DNA from: Candidatus Methylomirabilia bacterium
GTDB taxonomy: Bacteria > Methylomirabilota > Methylomirabilia > Rokubacteriales > CSP1-6
Reading direction: 5' to 3'
Length of the DNA stretch: 46,095 nucleotides
Assembly: GCA_041497895.1 (NCBI GenBank)
Contig: JBGQHJ010000020.1
Location: 1 to 46,095 of the forward strand
Below, piece by piece: positions 26,501-36,036 of the stretch; within the stretch, counting starts at the first letter, position 1; each line of letters opens with the position of its first letter. The notes under the pieces are model-generated. The model was not told where the DNA came from and made no database searches. It saw nothing but the letters and a program-made list of their open reading frames with translations. A program made the position numbers and the translations under genes.

Positions 26501-29245
26501 GCCGAAGCCCGGCCCGCGGAGCAGGACCCGGTTGCCGGCGGTGAGATCCTGCACCGCCACGTCGCCACGGCCGACGGTGAGGATCTTGTGATCCCCCGTG
26601 ATGCGCACTCGGTAGCCGAGGCGCGTCCGCAGGTCGAAGATCGGCTTGTGGCCGGTGGGGAAGATCCGGGTCACCAGGTGCGGCTGCCCGTCGGAGCCGA
26701 TCACCCGCGCGGTCCCGCCCACCAGTGCGTCGATCCGCTGCCAGCCCTCGGCGGTGGCGACCAGGGTATCGCCGGTGACGCACGGATTGCTCGCGTTGAT
26801 GCGCCCGTCCTCGGGGCAGGTGTGCCACTCGTTGATCGTGGTGTCGTACTGCACGCCGGGATCGGCACACGCCCACGCGGCGTGGGCGATCTCGTCCCAG
26901 AGCTGCTCGGCCGGGACGAACCCCGCGCTCTTGCCGTCGGTGCGGCGCTTGAGCTCCCACTGGCCCCGGCGCGCCAGCACGTCGTAGAAGGCGTTGGGGA
27001 CCCGCACGCTGTTGTTGGAGTTCTGCCCGGAGACCGTGTAGTAGGCGTCGCTGTCCCAGTCGGTGTCGTACTCCGGGAAGTCGAGCTCGCGCACGCCCTG
27101 GCCGGCCAGCTGCAACACGCGCTGGACGTACCCCTCCGGGACCATGGCCGCGCGCGCCTCGCGCACCGCCGAGCGGAGCGCCGGGTTCTTGCGCGGGTCG
27201 GCCTCGAGGCCCGCCGGGGTGCGGGCGGCGCCCAGGACCGCCTGGAGCCGCCGCTTGGTCAGCCGGGAGCCGGTCACCAGCGCCGCCACCTTCTGCTCCT
27301 CGACCACCTTCCACCGGATGAAGTTCAGGATGTCCGGGTGATCCAGATCGAGGATGACCATCTTGGCCGCGCGCCGCGTGGTGCCGCCCGACTTGATGGC
27401 GCCCGCCGCGCGATCGCCGATCCGGAGGAACGACATCAGACCGGAGGACTTGCCGCCGCCCGACAGGGGCTCGTTCTCCCCGCGCAGGTTGGAGAAGTTG
27501 GTCCCGCTGCCCGAGCCGTACTTGAAGATGCGGGCCTCCCGGGTCCAGAGATCCATGATGCCGCCGTCGTTGACCAGGTCGTCGGCCACCGACTGGATGA
27601 AGCAGTTGTGGACGATCACGTTGTTCGAAAGGTACTGGCCGCTCTCGGTCTGGATGTCGTAGACCGGCTGGACCCCGACGCACTCCACCCGTACCACCGT
27701 CTCATCCCGCAGGGCGCCCACGTCCTGGCCCGCGAACTGGTCGGAGCAGGCGGTCTCGAGGCGCTCGCGCTTGTCGTCGGAGACGAAGCCCACGAGGTCG
27801 CGGAAGCGGGCGCGCGGCCCGGCGTGCGCGATGGAGATCACGTACGGCGTGCGGCGGCTCTCCCGCGTCTCCGCGCCGCGCCCGAGCCGCGAGTAGATGC
27901 CCAGGTTGAGCAGGAGCGCCTGGACGCCGTGCGCGAGGGTGGCCGACGTGGTGGTCAGCGTGATGTCGGCCAGGCGCGCCCAGTAGGAGCGCAGCCGCAC
28001 CGTGCCCTGGGCCTGGAAGAGGGCGCGCAGGTAGGCGGCCTGTGCCTCCCGGCCGGCCCGGAGGATCATGGGCGGCACCGCGTGATCGGCGCTCGAGCGG
28101 AGCAGCCCGTACTTCTCGACGAACGGGCGCAGGCGCTCGCCGTAGAGGCGGACGCGGTGGATGTCGAGCCCCGGGGTGCGGGTCTCCACCGAGCGGTCGT
28201 GGTAGTGGACGCCCTCGAAGACGCGGTGCACCCGCTCCACGATGAAGTCGAGCTCGTCCTTGTCGATGGTCGTGAACTCGACGGCCAGGCTGTGGTCGGT
28301 GCCGAGCCCGTCCTGGCCCACGAAGCCGTCACCCTGCAGCCACCCGACCAGGATGGCCTCGTCCACCTCGGCCTCCTGGGAGGTCCGGCGGACCTCGGTC
28401 CGCGTGGAGAGGCTCAGGGCCGCGCCCGGCTCGACCTCGTCCACCCGACGCCAGGCGCCGACGCCATTGGCGATGGCCCACACGAGATGGTCGCCGGTGG
28501 CCTCCACCGTCACCCCGTTCTTGAGCTCGATCCGGAAGACCGCCTTCTCGCCGTTCTCCTTCACGGCCACCACCCGGGTGGTGCCGATGCCCTCGTCCCG
28601 CCCGTCGTAGACCTCGAGGCCGACCAGCCGCTTGGTCACGATCTGGCCGATGGGGAGGGGGCCCTCCGGGGTCGAGACCAGCGCGTGGTAGGGCTGGCAG
28701 GCGTGGGGCTGTGGCCGCTCGTAGGCGGAACTGGCCCGGGTCAGGATCCCCGTGTCGGGGTCGACGTAGTAGTGGCCCTGGGCCGGCCCAGTGAGCCCGT
28801 AGGCGTAGTGGAGGCCGGTGTTGAACCACTGGGGCGAGTTGGGCGCCGCGACCTGGGAAGCCAGCATGGCGCAGAGCTCGTCATAGAAGGCGCGGGCATC
28901 CGACGGGGTATCGAAGTAGCCGTACTTCTCCCCCCAGTGCATCCAGCAGCCCGCCAGCCGGTGGAAGACCTGCCGGGCGTCGCGCTCGCCGCCGAGGACC
29001 GGCCGGCCCTCCCGGTCGAGCAGGGGCTTGCCGTCCAGCGCGTACTGGGGGACCCCCGACTTCCGGAAGTACTTCTGGGCCAGGATGTCGGTCGCCACCC
29101 CGGACCACCCGGCCGGCACCGAGATCCCATCCTGGCGGAAGACCGTCGAGCCGTCGGGGTTCTTGATCTCCGACACTCGCTGCTCGAACTGGATTCCCGC
29201 GTAGGGACTCTGGCCTTCCTTGGTGAACCGACGGGCGACTTTCAT
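23561..29245 (-). CDS. nrdJ: Adenosylcobalamin-dependent (class II) ribonucleotide reductase with two inteins; about 1169 aa after splicing
   Basis: [75 protein letters not shown]-terminal CGECG..CITCG..GCS. Confidence 0.96.
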   Translation of the reverse strand: MKVARRFTKEGQSPYAGIQFEQRVSEIKNPDGSTVFRQDGISVPAGWSGVATDILAQKYFRKSGVPQYALDGKPLLDREGRPVLGGERDARQVFHRLAGCWMHWGEKYGYFDTPSDARAFYDELCAMLASQVAAPNSPQWFNTGLHYAYGLTGPAQGHYYVDPDTGILTRASSAYERPQPHACQPYHALVSTPEGPLPIGQIVTKRLVGLEVYDGRDEGIGTTRVVAVKENGEKAVFRIELKNGVTVEATGDHLVWAIANGVGAWRRVDEVEPGAALSLSTRTEVRRTSQEAEVDEAILVGWLQGDGFVGQDGLGTDHSLAVEFTTIDKDELDFIVERVHRVFEGVHYHDRSVETRTPGLDIHRVRLYGERLRPFVEKYGLLRSSADHAVPPMILRAGREAQAAYLRALFQAQGTVRLRSYWARLADITLTTTSATLAHGVQALLLNLGIYSRLGRGAETRESRRTPYVISIAHAGPRARFRDLVGFVSDDKRERLETACSDQFAGQDVGALRDETVVRVECVGVQPVYDIQTESGQYLSNNVIVHNCFIQSVADDLVNDGGIMDLWTREARIFKYGSGSGTNFSNLRGENEPLSGGGKSSGLMSFLRIGDRAAGAIKSGGTTRRAAKMVILDLDHPDILNFIRWKVVEEQKVAALVTGSRLTKRRLQAVLGAARTPAGLEADPRKNPALRSAVREARAAMVPEGYVQRVLQLAGQGVRELDFPEYDTDWDSDAYYTVSGQNSNNSVRVPNAFYDVLARRGQWELKRRTDGKSAGFVPAEQLWDEIAHAAWACADPGVQYDTTINEWHTCPEDGRINASNPCVTGDTLVATAEGWQRIDALVGGTARVIGSDGQPHLVTRIFPTGHKPIFDLRTRLGYRVRITGDHKILTVGRGDVAVQDLTAGNRVLLRGPGFGRRSLAPGQALGVGVAAAEGYLSHSVTGGRAQESLVLTTDAGESPVLAAVASAVNAGRAALQAVGAGRSNSAGVITRTAATARLVLSEATTIDLFREFAVLDEGAANIRFTPAVFDLDRPALAAVLRGLFTADASVANYGEQSRYISLDSTSLELLRQTQLLLLAFGIKARLYEDAQLAEAQPSRAHPTHSLRISRTSRVLFEQKIGFHAESPKAAALARINGEEPAAAEDLTDEVASVEPAGDAPVFDLTEEATRHFIAGGVVVHNCSEYMFLDDTACNLASINLVKFLREDGSFDVDGFRHACRLWTAVLEISVLMAAYPSPAIAQRSWDYRTLGLGYANMGTVLMRKGIPYDSPEATAICGAVTAVMCGEAYATSAEMARDLGPFPGFQRNQAAMLRVMRNHRRAAHRTPAAEYEGLSIAPHGIDPAHCPAPLLQAARETWDRAVTLGEQFGYRNAQVTVLAPTGTIGLVMDCDTTGIEPDFALVKFKKLAGGGYFKIINQSLPVALETVGYAPGQIDDIVAYCVGRKTLRGAPAINHESLRAKGFDDEGLQRIETAIETAFDISFAFNAWTLGEGYIASHLGLNEAQLAEWNGNLLRALGFTAAEIEAANDYCCGTMTVEGAPHLKPEHLAIFDCANRCGKRGVRFIATEAHIRMMAAAQPFISGAISKTINMPQDATIEDVKWAYDLAWRGMIKAVALYRDGSKLSQPLNSTTDEDEERSVAADVEAVAEKMTERVVTQYLRERHRLPDRRKGYTQKAVVGGHKVYLRTGEYEDGQVGEIFLDMHKEGAAFRSLMNCFAIAISLGLQHGVPLDEFVDAFVFTRFEPNGMVKGNDRIKMSTSVIDYVFRELAITYLGRTDLSHVPDEDLRADAIGSKPGEGPVAVAPPAPTAPVTPAVAPQISTVRTIVPLSGGSGAVVPMPVAPTGSVLKSLSASEMARLKGYEGDPCGECGQFTMVRNGTCLKCITCGTTTGCS
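25703..26782 (-). mobile_element. Intein 2 (360 aa) with LAGLIDADG-like domain, at the NP|CSE site
   Basis: Starts [10 protein letters not shown], block B ITGDHKIL, ends [21 protein letters not shown] before Cys. Confidence 0.93.
27605..28699 (-). mobile_element. Intein 1 (365 aa) with LAGLIDADG-like domain, at the PHA|CFI site
   Basis: Starts [10 protein letters not shown], block B ATGDHLVW, ends [20 protein letters not shown] before Cys. Confidence 0.93.
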
Positions 29246-29379
29246 GAACTCCTCCTAAATGGCGCTGGCCAAACCACGACCGCTGCGGGACCCATTGGTG
29301 CGACTGACTTCAGACTGGAAAAGGGGGCTGGGGTGACGCGAGTGCGTCTGGACTCGGAACCGGCCGGTGTGAACGCTTG

Positions 29380-29444
29380 TTCATATATCTAGTGTGTGTA
29401 TCGAAACGGACCCCAACATATTGCGCCCCTCGAGACCCTGTCAA
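29380..29444 (-). promoter_or_regulatory. nrdJ promoter with tandem NrdR boxes
   Basis: TTCATATATCTAGTGT (29380-29395) and CCCCAACATATTGCGC (29411-29426), 31 bp apart, resemble acaCwAtATaTwGtgt. Minus-strand TTGACA (29444-29439), 18 bp, TATGTT (29420-29415). Confidence 0.8.
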
Positions 29445-29575
29445 CTAAAAAAGACCCGCACAACTTGCACGCATCGCGTCAGGCGCAAGAACAGGCGGTC
29501 GTGATGATGACCAGCTACCGGAGAGGATCAGCCGAGCGGGGGTGCTTCGAGGAACGTGCCGAACAACCACTTCGA

Positions 29576-29661
29576 GCGCCGGCTTCGCCGGCGCAATCCG
29601 AATCCGAGGCGGGAGGCCTCGGAGGGGGCCCCTTCGTAGACTTCAGAAGGGGGCCCTCCGA
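29576..29661. repeat. Composite palindromic (REP/MITE-like) element
   Basis: GCGCCGGC-TTC-GCCGGCGC (29576-29594) plus TCGGAGGGGGCCCCTTC...GAAGGGGGCCCTCCGA (29619-29661), directly after the mlaA stop. Confidence 0.6.
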
Positions 29662-29662
29662 T

Positions 29663-30679
29663 TTAGTACGGTGCCGGCCCCTTGATCATGTTCTCGCGGC
29701 GCTGGAGGTAGCCGTTCCGCACCGCGCTGTAGAGATCGACCGTGGTCTCCTCGAAGCCCTGGTAGAGGTCCAGGTTGAGCGACCGGTCGTTGATGGTGTT
29801 GCCGATCTTCATCCCGAGGCGCGTCCAGATGAAGGGCAGCACGTAGCTGAGCGGGTCCATCGCGCCGTCCACCGCGGTCCCGATGCCGTCACGCACCGTG
29901 AGGGGGGGCAGGAGCGGCAGCACTAGGAAGGGCCCGGGGCCCAGGCCCCAGATGCCGAGGGTCTGCCCGAAGTCCACCCGGGTCTTCTGCAGCCCGAATT
30001 CCTGCTTGGCGATGTCGAAGAGACCGCCGATGCCGAGCGTGCTGTTGATCAGGAAGCGCCCGACCTCGGCGCCCGCGCCTTTGGGCCGCCACTGCAGCAG
30101 GTTGTTGACCACCCGCTGGACCACCAGGAGATTGTCGAATCCGCTGTCGATCATCTGCTGCAGCCGGTCGGGCATCACGAAGTTGTAGCCCTTGGCGACC
30201 GGCTTCAGCACGTACTTGTCCATGTTGTAGTTGAACGAGAACATCTTCTCGTTGAACGGCTCCCACGGGTCGTACTCCTCGAGGATGCCGTCGGACGGCA
30301 CGACCGGGTCGGCCGCGCCCGCCTGGGCCAGGACCGGCCCGGCCGCCTGGCTCACCAGGAGCGGACCGATCGACGCGACCATGTAGGAGGGCTGTCGGCC
30401 GGCCGCGATCCGCTCGAACGAGGCGGGGGAGAACGCCACGCTGGCCGCCAGCACCTGCTCGCCCGCGTGAGGCTCGACCACGGCGCCGGTCGGCTGCTGC
30501 TCGGGCGCCAGCGCGGCCGCGACGGGATTGGCCGGATCGGTCGCGTCGGTCGGCGCGCTGGTGGCCGCGAGCAGCGACTCGCTCTTGAGCCCGCCCGAAA
30601 GCGAGCCGCAGCCCCCAAGGGCCACGCCGAGCACCACCATCACCAGGGCTGCCTGTCGCATGCCGAATCCGAAGCGCAC
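29663..30679 (-). CDS. mlaA: MlaA/VacJ family lipoprotein with long N-terminal linker
   Basis: GTG after GGAG, lipobox LGGC; DPWEPFN, RFLINSTLGIGGLFD, DFGQTLG, GPFLVLPLLPP, DLYSAVRNGYLQRR. Confidence 0.9.
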   Translation of the reverse strand: MRFGFGMRQAALVMVVLGVALGGCGSLSGGLKSESLLAATSAPTDATDPANPVAAALAPEQQPTGAVVEPHAGEQVLAASVAFSPASFERIAAGRQPSYMVASIGPLLVSQAAGPVLAQAGAADPVVPSDGILEEYDPWEPFNEKMFSFNYNMDKYVLKPVAKGYNFVMPDRLQQMIDSGFDNLLVVQRVVNNLLQWRPKGAGAEVGRFLINSTLGIGGLFDIAKQEFGLQKTRVDFGQTLGIWGLGPGPFLVLPLLPPLTVRDGIGTAVDGAMDPLSYVLPFIWTRLGMKIGNTINDRSLNLDLYQGFEETTVDLYSAVRNGYLQRRENMIKGPAPY

Positions 30680-30757
30680 CGTTTTTCTCCCTCCCGGATG
30701 CCGATTGGTGTGGCTCCCGAGCCTCGATCGAGGCCGACGCGGCCGGGGCACCAAGGG

Positions 30758-30774
30758 AGCAAGGCAGGTGCCAG
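30758..30774 (-). promoter_or_regulatory. Sigma54 promoter for mlaA
   Basis: Minus strand CTGGCACCTGCCTTGCT, a near-perfect TGGCAC-N5-TTGCW. Confidence 0.7.
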
Positions 30775-31006
30775 AGCGCATCACGCCCGAGCATAGGGTA
30801 TGGAGCGACGCTGTTTCAAGCACTTTCCCTGCGACACGTCGGCGCTCCGGGCCCCTACCTATAGTCGTGGCCCGCGTGAATTGTCACCTGCCGCCCGATT
30901 CCTGTCTCGAGGTCGCCGCGGGGCGTTGACAGGCCGGGACCGGGCGGGATTAGATGCAGGCGCGGTCGCAGGATCCCAGGTCACGGATGCGTGAAAGGCG
31001 ACGGAG

Positions 31007-31414
31007 ATGATCGAGCTGACGCTGGAGATGGCGGAGCGTGCGGCGCGCGCCGCGCGGGAGAAGGCCCGGGCCCTCGGCACGCCGATGACGGTGACGGTGG
31101 TGGACGAGGCGGGGCGCCTCGTGCTGTGCGCCCGCGGCGACGGGACCGGCTTCTTCACGCCCGAGACCTCGCGGGCCAAGGCGCTGGCCGCGGCGAACTT
31201 CCGCATGTCGACGGCGGAGCTAGCCGAGCGGGTGCAGAAGGGCTCCCCGTTCTGGACTCACGTCGGCAGCGCGATTCCCGGCCAGATCCTGGCGAGCCAC
31301 GGTGCGGTGCCGATCGTGGTGGGCGGCCGCGTGATCGGCGCGATCGGCTGCGGCGGCGGCACCGGCGAGCAGGATCAGGAGTGCGCGGCCGCGGGCGCCG
31401 CGGTCCTGGCCTGA
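31007..31414 (+). CDS. GlcG/HbpS family heme-binding protein
   Basis: VTVVDEAG, SRAKALAA, GAVPI...IGAIGCGGGTGEQDQECA. Confidence 0.85.
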   Translation: MIELTLEMAERAARAAREKARALGTPMTVTVVDEAGRLVLCARGDGTGFFTPETSRAKALAAANFRMSTAELAERVQKGSPFWTHVGSAIPGQILASHGAVPIVVGGRVIGAIGCGGGTGEQDQECAAAGAAVLA

Positions 31415-31417
31415 GCG

Positions 31418-33517
31418 CTAGAGCTTCACGAGCGTGTCGAGGACGGTCACGCCCTCGCCGCGCCGACCCACCAGCACCGGGTTCAGGTCGATCTCGCTGA
31501 CGGCGGGGCAGAGCCCGCGCGCCGCCTCGCCCAGACGCTCCAGCAGGGCGACGGCGGCGGGCAGGTCGAGCGGCGCGCTGCCGCGCACCCCGTCCCACAG
31601 CGCGCCGATCCGCAGCGCGCGGAGCGCCTCTTGGGCGGCGGCCGCGTCGATCGGGGGCAGTAGCAGCCGGAAGTCGCGCAGCACCTCGATGAGCACGCCG
31701 CCCGAGCCCACCAGGACCACCGGGCCGAACACCGGATCGGTCTTCACCCCGAGGGCCAGCTCGAGCGCGCCGCGGGCCTGGCGCTGGATCACGAAGCCCT
31801 CGACCGGGACGCCGGGCGCGCGAGCCCGGACGTCGGTCTCGATGCGCCGGCAGGCCTCCGCGACCGCGGCCCGGTCGGGCACCCCGAGCACGACCCCGCC
31901 CACGTCGGACTTGTGCGGTAGCGCGCTCGAGCAGATCTTCACCACGACCGGATAGCCCACCTGGTCGGCCGCGTCGGGCGCGGCGGCCGCCGCGGTGACG
32001 AACACGGTGTCCACCAGCGGCAGGCCGTACGGCGCGAGCAGGCGCTGGCTCTCCCACTCGTTGAGGAACTGGCCGGCGGTCCGGCCCGCGGGCAGGGGCG
32101 GCGGCGCGGGCGGGGGCGGCGGCGCCTCCGCCGCGCGCGCGAGCCAGCGCGGGCGCCGCGCGGTGGCGCGCGCCAGGCAGGCCAGCGAACGGAGCGCCAC
32201 GCTGCCGTCCTCGAACGCGAGGACGTCGGCGGCCCGGAAGGCGTCCACCACCGGTCGCTGGGGGCAGCTCACCGCCACCACCTTGGGCGAGCGCCGGGCG
32301 ATCGAGGCCACGTCGAGCACGAGACGGCCCAGGTCGGTGGCCGATCCCAGCAGGGCGATCTGGAAGACGATCGCGTCCACCCCCGGGTCGGCCTCGAGCG
32401 CGGGCAGCACGCGGGCGAGCATCCCGGGGTCGGTGAGCATCTGCGCGGTGAGGTCGACCGGGTTGGCCGCCGCCGCGAAGTCCGGCAGCGCTGCGCGCAG
32501 GGCCGCGGTCGTCTCGGCCGTGAACTCGGCGGGCACCAGGCCCAGGTCGATGCAGAGATCGACCGAGAGCACGCCGAGCCCGCCGGAGTTGGACAGGATC
32601 GCCACCCGCGTGCCCGCGGCCCCGTAGCGCAGGAAGGCCTGGGGCAGAGCCAGGAGCTCCGCCGGATCGGCGCAGCGGATGGCGCCCCAGTCCGCGAACA
32701 CCGCGTCGTAGACCGCGTCCTCGCCCGCGAGCGCGCCGGTGTGCGAGGAGGCGGCGCGCCGGCCCACCGCGCTGCGCCCCGACTTCAGCACGAAGACCGG
32801 CACCCCGCGGCGGTGGGCGCGCGCGAGCGCGTCGCGGAGACGGCCCGCGTCCTTGACGTCCTCGAGGTAGGCGCACGCCACGCGGGTCTCGGGATCCTCC
32901 ACCACCTCGCCCAGGACCTCGGCGGCCTGCACGTCGGCCTCGTTGCCGGTGCTCACCCAGTAGTTGAGGCCGAGGCCGGCCGCGCGTGCCATCTCGTAGA
33001 TCATCCCGGCCATCGCCCCGCTCTGACTCACCATCGCGATCGGCCCGGTCGCGAGCCCGGTATCGAGGAAGGGCGACGCGAAGGTGGCCACCAGGCGCGA
33101 GGGCAGGTGGGCGAAGCCCTGGCAGTTGGGGCCGATGATGCGCAGCCCGGTCCGCTCGGCCAGGGCGCGCAGCCGCGCCTGGGCCGCTCGGCCGGTCTCT
33201 CCCACCTCGGCGAAGCCGCTGCTGAAGACGATGGCGGCCCGGATGCCCTTGGCCGCGGCGGCCTCGAGCGACTCGAGCACGCGCTCGGCCGGCACCACCA
33301 CCACCGCGAGATCGACCTCGCCCGGGATCGCGGCCAGCGAGGGAAAGGCGGGGAGGCCCTGCACGGTGGCCCGCGACGGATTCACCGGGTACACCCGGCC
33401 GGCGTAGCCGTGGCGGAGCAGGAACGCGAGCGGACGCCCGCCGATCTTGACCGGATCGTCGGAGGCACCCACCACCGCGATGGCGCGAGGCCGGAAGATC
33501 GCGCTGAGGCCGCTCAC
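31418..33517 (-). CDS. Acetate/acyl-CoA ligase (ADP-forming) family, fused CoA-binding and ATP-grasp domains
   Basis: IAVVGAS, IIGPNCQG, SQSGA, STGNEAD, SSHTGALAG, NSGG, HKSDVGGV, EIDLNP. Confidence 0.92.
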   Translation of the reverse strand: MSGLSAIFRPRAIAVVGASDDPVKIGGRPLAFLLRHGYAGRVYPVNPSRATVQGLPAFPSLAAIPGEVDLAVVVVPAERVLESLEAAAAKGIRAAIVFSSGFAEVGETGRAAQARLRALAERTGLRIIGPNCQGFAHLPSRLVATFASPFLDTGLATGPIAMVSQSGAMAGMIYEMARAAGLGLNYWVSTGNEADVQAAEVLGEVVEDPETRVACAYLEDVKDAGRLRDALARAHRRGVPVFVLKSGRSAVGRRAASSHTGALAGEDAVYDAVFADWGAIRCADPAELLALPQAFLRYGAAGTRVAILSNSGGLGVLSVDLCIDLGLVPAEFTAETTAALRAALPDFAAAANPVDLTAQMLTDPGMLARVLPALEADPGVDAIVFQIALLGSATDLGRLVLDVASIARRSPKVVAVSCPQRPVVDAFRAADVLAFEDGSVALRSLACLARATARRPRWLARAAEAPPPPPAPPPLPAGRTAGQFLNEWESQRLLAPYGLPLVDTVFVTAAAAAPDAADQVGYPVVVKICSSALPHKSDVGGVVLGVPDRAAVAEACRRIETDVRARAPGVPVEGFVIQRQARGALELALGVKTDPVFGPVVLVGSGGVLIEVLRDFRLLLPPIDAAAAQEALRALRIGALWDGVRGSAPLDLPAAVALLERLGEAARGLCPAVSEIDLNPVLVGRRGEGVTVLDTLVKL

Positions 33518-33555
33518 GGGGCGGAAGTATAGCGTGTATGATCGGGCGCCAGAGC

Positions 33556-35892
33556 ATGGCGCGCTGGGACCTCCGCTTCTCGCTCGTCGTCGCGGCGAGC
33601 CTCGCGGTGCTGGTGGGCCTCGTGGCCGGTCTGGCCCTGGACGCGGGCCGCTTCTACCCCGGCTTCTTCGCCGCCCCCGACTTCCGCCTCTTCCCGGCCG
33701 ACCGAGACGCCCGGGCCGCCGGCCTGCGCGCGGGCGATCGCCTGGTCGCGGTCGACGGCGCGTCCCCCCTCACGCTGGCCGCGCGCGTGCGGGACGCGAC
33801 CGGGCCCGTCCGCTACGAGGTCGAGCGCGCGGGCCGGCGCCTCACCGTGGAGCTCGCGCCGCGCCGGCTCGGCTGGATCGGGGTCGTCGACCACTTCGGG
33901 ATCTACGTGCTCGTCTCCGCAATCATGCTGGGAGTGGGCGCGCTGGTCTACGCGCAGAACCCGGTTGCGGCGCCGAACCGGCGCTTCCTCCTCTACATGT
34001 GCCTCTGGGCGGTCTCGAACGTGGCGGTCCCGGCCGCGGTGCTGGGCGCGCGGACGGGGGCCGCGACGGTGGTCGGCCTGGTGGCGCCGCTCCTGTCCAT
34101 CCACGGCTGGGTCTTCTTCCTGACGTACCCGGCGAACGCGGCGCGGGAGCGGTGGCTCGAGCGCCACCGGGTGATCCCGCGCCTCTACCGTCTCGCCGGC
34201 GTGCTGGGGGTGGTCGGCGCGCTGGCCTACCTGCTGATCGCGTGGCGAGCCCCCGCGCTGCTGGTGGACGGCTGGATCTACCCCGCCTCCGCCGCGGTGC
34301 TGTCGCTCCTGAGCGCGCTATCGTTCCCGATCAAGGTCGGCGCGCTGCTCGACACCAAGCGGCGGGCCGCCTCGCCGCTCATCGACCAGCAGACCACCGT
34401 ACTCCTGCTCGGGATCGCCATGGGGCTCGGGGGATGGCTCTGCCTCATGCTCTGGCCGCTCCAGCAGCTCTACGCCTCGCCGGTGGATCCGCAGGTGGGC
34501 TCGGCCCTGATGCTGATCTATCCGGCGGCCATCGGCTACGCCACCGTGCGCTACCGGCTCTTCGACGCGACGGTGGTCATCCGGCGCTCGGTCATCTACA
34601 CCGGGCTCGCCGGCCTCATCACCGGGGCCTACGCGCTGCTGCTCGCCTCCGCCAACGCGCTGCTGGCCCAGGCCGACCTCACCCGGTCGCCGTGGTTCTC
34701 CGCCGCGTTCATGTTCCTGGTCGCGCTGCTGTTCAACCCGCTGCGCGAGCGGGTCCGTGGGGCGGTGGACCGGACCTTCTTCCGCGAGCGCTACGACTGG
34801 GTGCAGGCCATGCGCACGCTGGCCCGCTCGATGTCGAGCCTGCTCGACATCGAGGAGATCACCCGCCGGCTCACCACCACCATCGAGGCCTCCATGCACG
34901 TGCGGTCCGCCCGCCTGCTCGTGGACGCCCTACCGCACGACGTGGTCGCGGCCCTCGAGATCGTCCCCGGCGCACTCTCCCGCTACCAGGTCGCCGCCGA
35001 TCCGCGGTTCGCCGAGGCTGGCGGTGCCGCGCTCGGGGCCTACCAGGCCCTCGGCGCGGAGGTGGTGGTGCCGCTGCGTTTCCAGGCCGGGCTGCGGGGG
35101 CTGCTCGTGCTGGGGGCCAAGCGCTCGGAGGCCGCCTACACCGGCGAGGACCTCGAGATGCTGGAGGCGCTCGCCGACCAGGCCGCGGTCGCGGTGGCCA
35201 ACGCGGAGGCGCACCGGCAGGTGCTCGAGTACGCCCGCCAGCTCGAGCGGAGCCTGCTCATCCGCAGTAGCCTCGCCAAGTTCGTGCCGCGCCGGGTGCG
35301 CCAGCTCATCGAGGAGTCGCCGGAGGCGCCGTCGCTCGAGAAGCGAGAGACCGACGTGAGCGTGCTCTTCGCCGACATCAGCGGCTACACCCGGCTCTCC
35401 TCGCGCCTCGCCCCCGACGACCTGGGCACGCTGGTGGAGCGCTACTTCGGCGCCTTCCTCGACGAGATCGTCAAGCACGGCGGCGACGTCAACGAGACCG
35501 CGGGGGACGGCCTGATGGTGATCTTCCACGAGGGCGAGCACGCGCGCGCCGCGGTGGAGGCGGCGCGGGCGATCCACCGGCGCGCGGCCGAGATCGGGGC
35601 CGAGCTGGCCGCCCGCTTCGACCCGGTGGCCATGCACGTGGGGGTCAACACCGGGCCCGCGCTGCTGGGCGCCACCAAGATCGAGGGCAGCGCCGGCACC
35701 CGCTGGACCTACACCGCCTCCGGGATGACCACCAACATCGCGGCGCGGCTGTCCGCCCAGGCCGGCGACGGCGAGATCGTCATCAGCGAGCCCACCCGGC
35801 TCCGGCTGGGGGCGGATCTGGCCGTCGAGGACCTGGGCGTGCGCGAGCTGAAGAACGTGGAGGCGCCGCTGCGGCTGTTCCGGCTGCGGTAG
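33556..35892 (+). CDS. Membrane class III nucleotide cyclase (PDZ-like, multi-TM, GAF, cyclase)
   Basis: AGLRAGDRLVAVDG, several TM helices, GAF-like segment, VLFADISGYT, NETAGDGLMVIF, GVNTG, TNIAARL. Start could be 33538. Confidence 0.88.
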   Translation: MARWDLRFSLVVAASLAVLVGLVAGLALDAGRFYPGFFAAPDFRLFPADRDARAAGLRAGDRLVAVDGASPLTLAARVRDATGPVRYEVERAGRRLTVELAPRRLGWIGVVDHFGIYVLVSAIMLGVGALVYAQNPVAAPNRRFLLYMCLWAVSNVAVPAAVLGARTGAATVVGLVAPLLSIHGWVFFLTYPANAARERWLERHRVIPRLYRLAGVLGVVGALAYLLIAWRAPALLVDGWIYPASAAVLSLLSALSFPIKVGALLDTKRRAASPLIDQQTTVLLLGIAMGLGGWLCLMLWPLQQLYASPVDPQVGSALMLIYPAAIGYATVRYRLFDATVVIRRSVIYTGLAGLITGAYALLLASANALLAQADLTRSPWFSAAFMFLVALLFNPLRERVRGAVDRTFFRERYDWVQAMRTLARSMSSLLDIEEITRRLTTTIEASMHVRSARLLVDALPHDVVAALEIVPGALSRYQVAADPRFAEAGGAALGAYQALGAEVVVPLRFQAGLRGLLVLGAKRSEAAYTGEDLEMLEALADQAAVAVANAEAHRQVLEYARQLERSLLIRSSLAKFVPRRVRQLIEESPEAPSLEKRETDVSVLFADISGYTRLSSRLAPDDLGTLVERYFGAFLDEIVKHGGDVNETAGDGLMVIFHEGEHARAAVEAARAIHRRAAEIGAELAARFDPVAMHVGVNTGPALLGATKIEGSAGTRWTYTASGMTTNIAARLSAQAGDGEIVISEPTRLRLGADLAVEDLGVRELKNVEAPLRLFRLR

Positions 35893-35922
35893 GCTCTGCG
35901 CGTTCGCCGGCCGGTGGGCGGC

Positions 35923-35951
35923 TTGACGGGCGGGGGAGGCCCCGATAGAAT
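35923..35951 (+). promoter_or_regulatory. Sigma70 promoter of the ABC operon
   Basis: TTGACG, 17 bp spacer, TAGAAT. Confidence 0.7.
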
Positions 35952-36036
35952 GGCGCACCGCGAGCGGCCCGCGACGTCCGGCGCGGAGTCCCGACGGAGC
36001 CCTGAAGTCCATCGAACCCGAGGAGGAGCCAACACC

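Noticed and set aside
29246..29380. Cobalamin riboswitch in the nrdJ leader
   Set aside because: No recognisable B12-box or GGGAA/GCCACTG core by eye; NrdR boxes explain the regulation. An Rfam scan would be definitive.
23519..29392. 1957-aa + strand ORF antisense to nrdJ
   Set aside because: Shadow ORF from high-GC codon bias; no motifs, and nrdJ explains the region.
30926..30956. TTGACA upstream of the GlcG-like gene
   Set aside because: No convincing -10 at 16-18 bp spacing.
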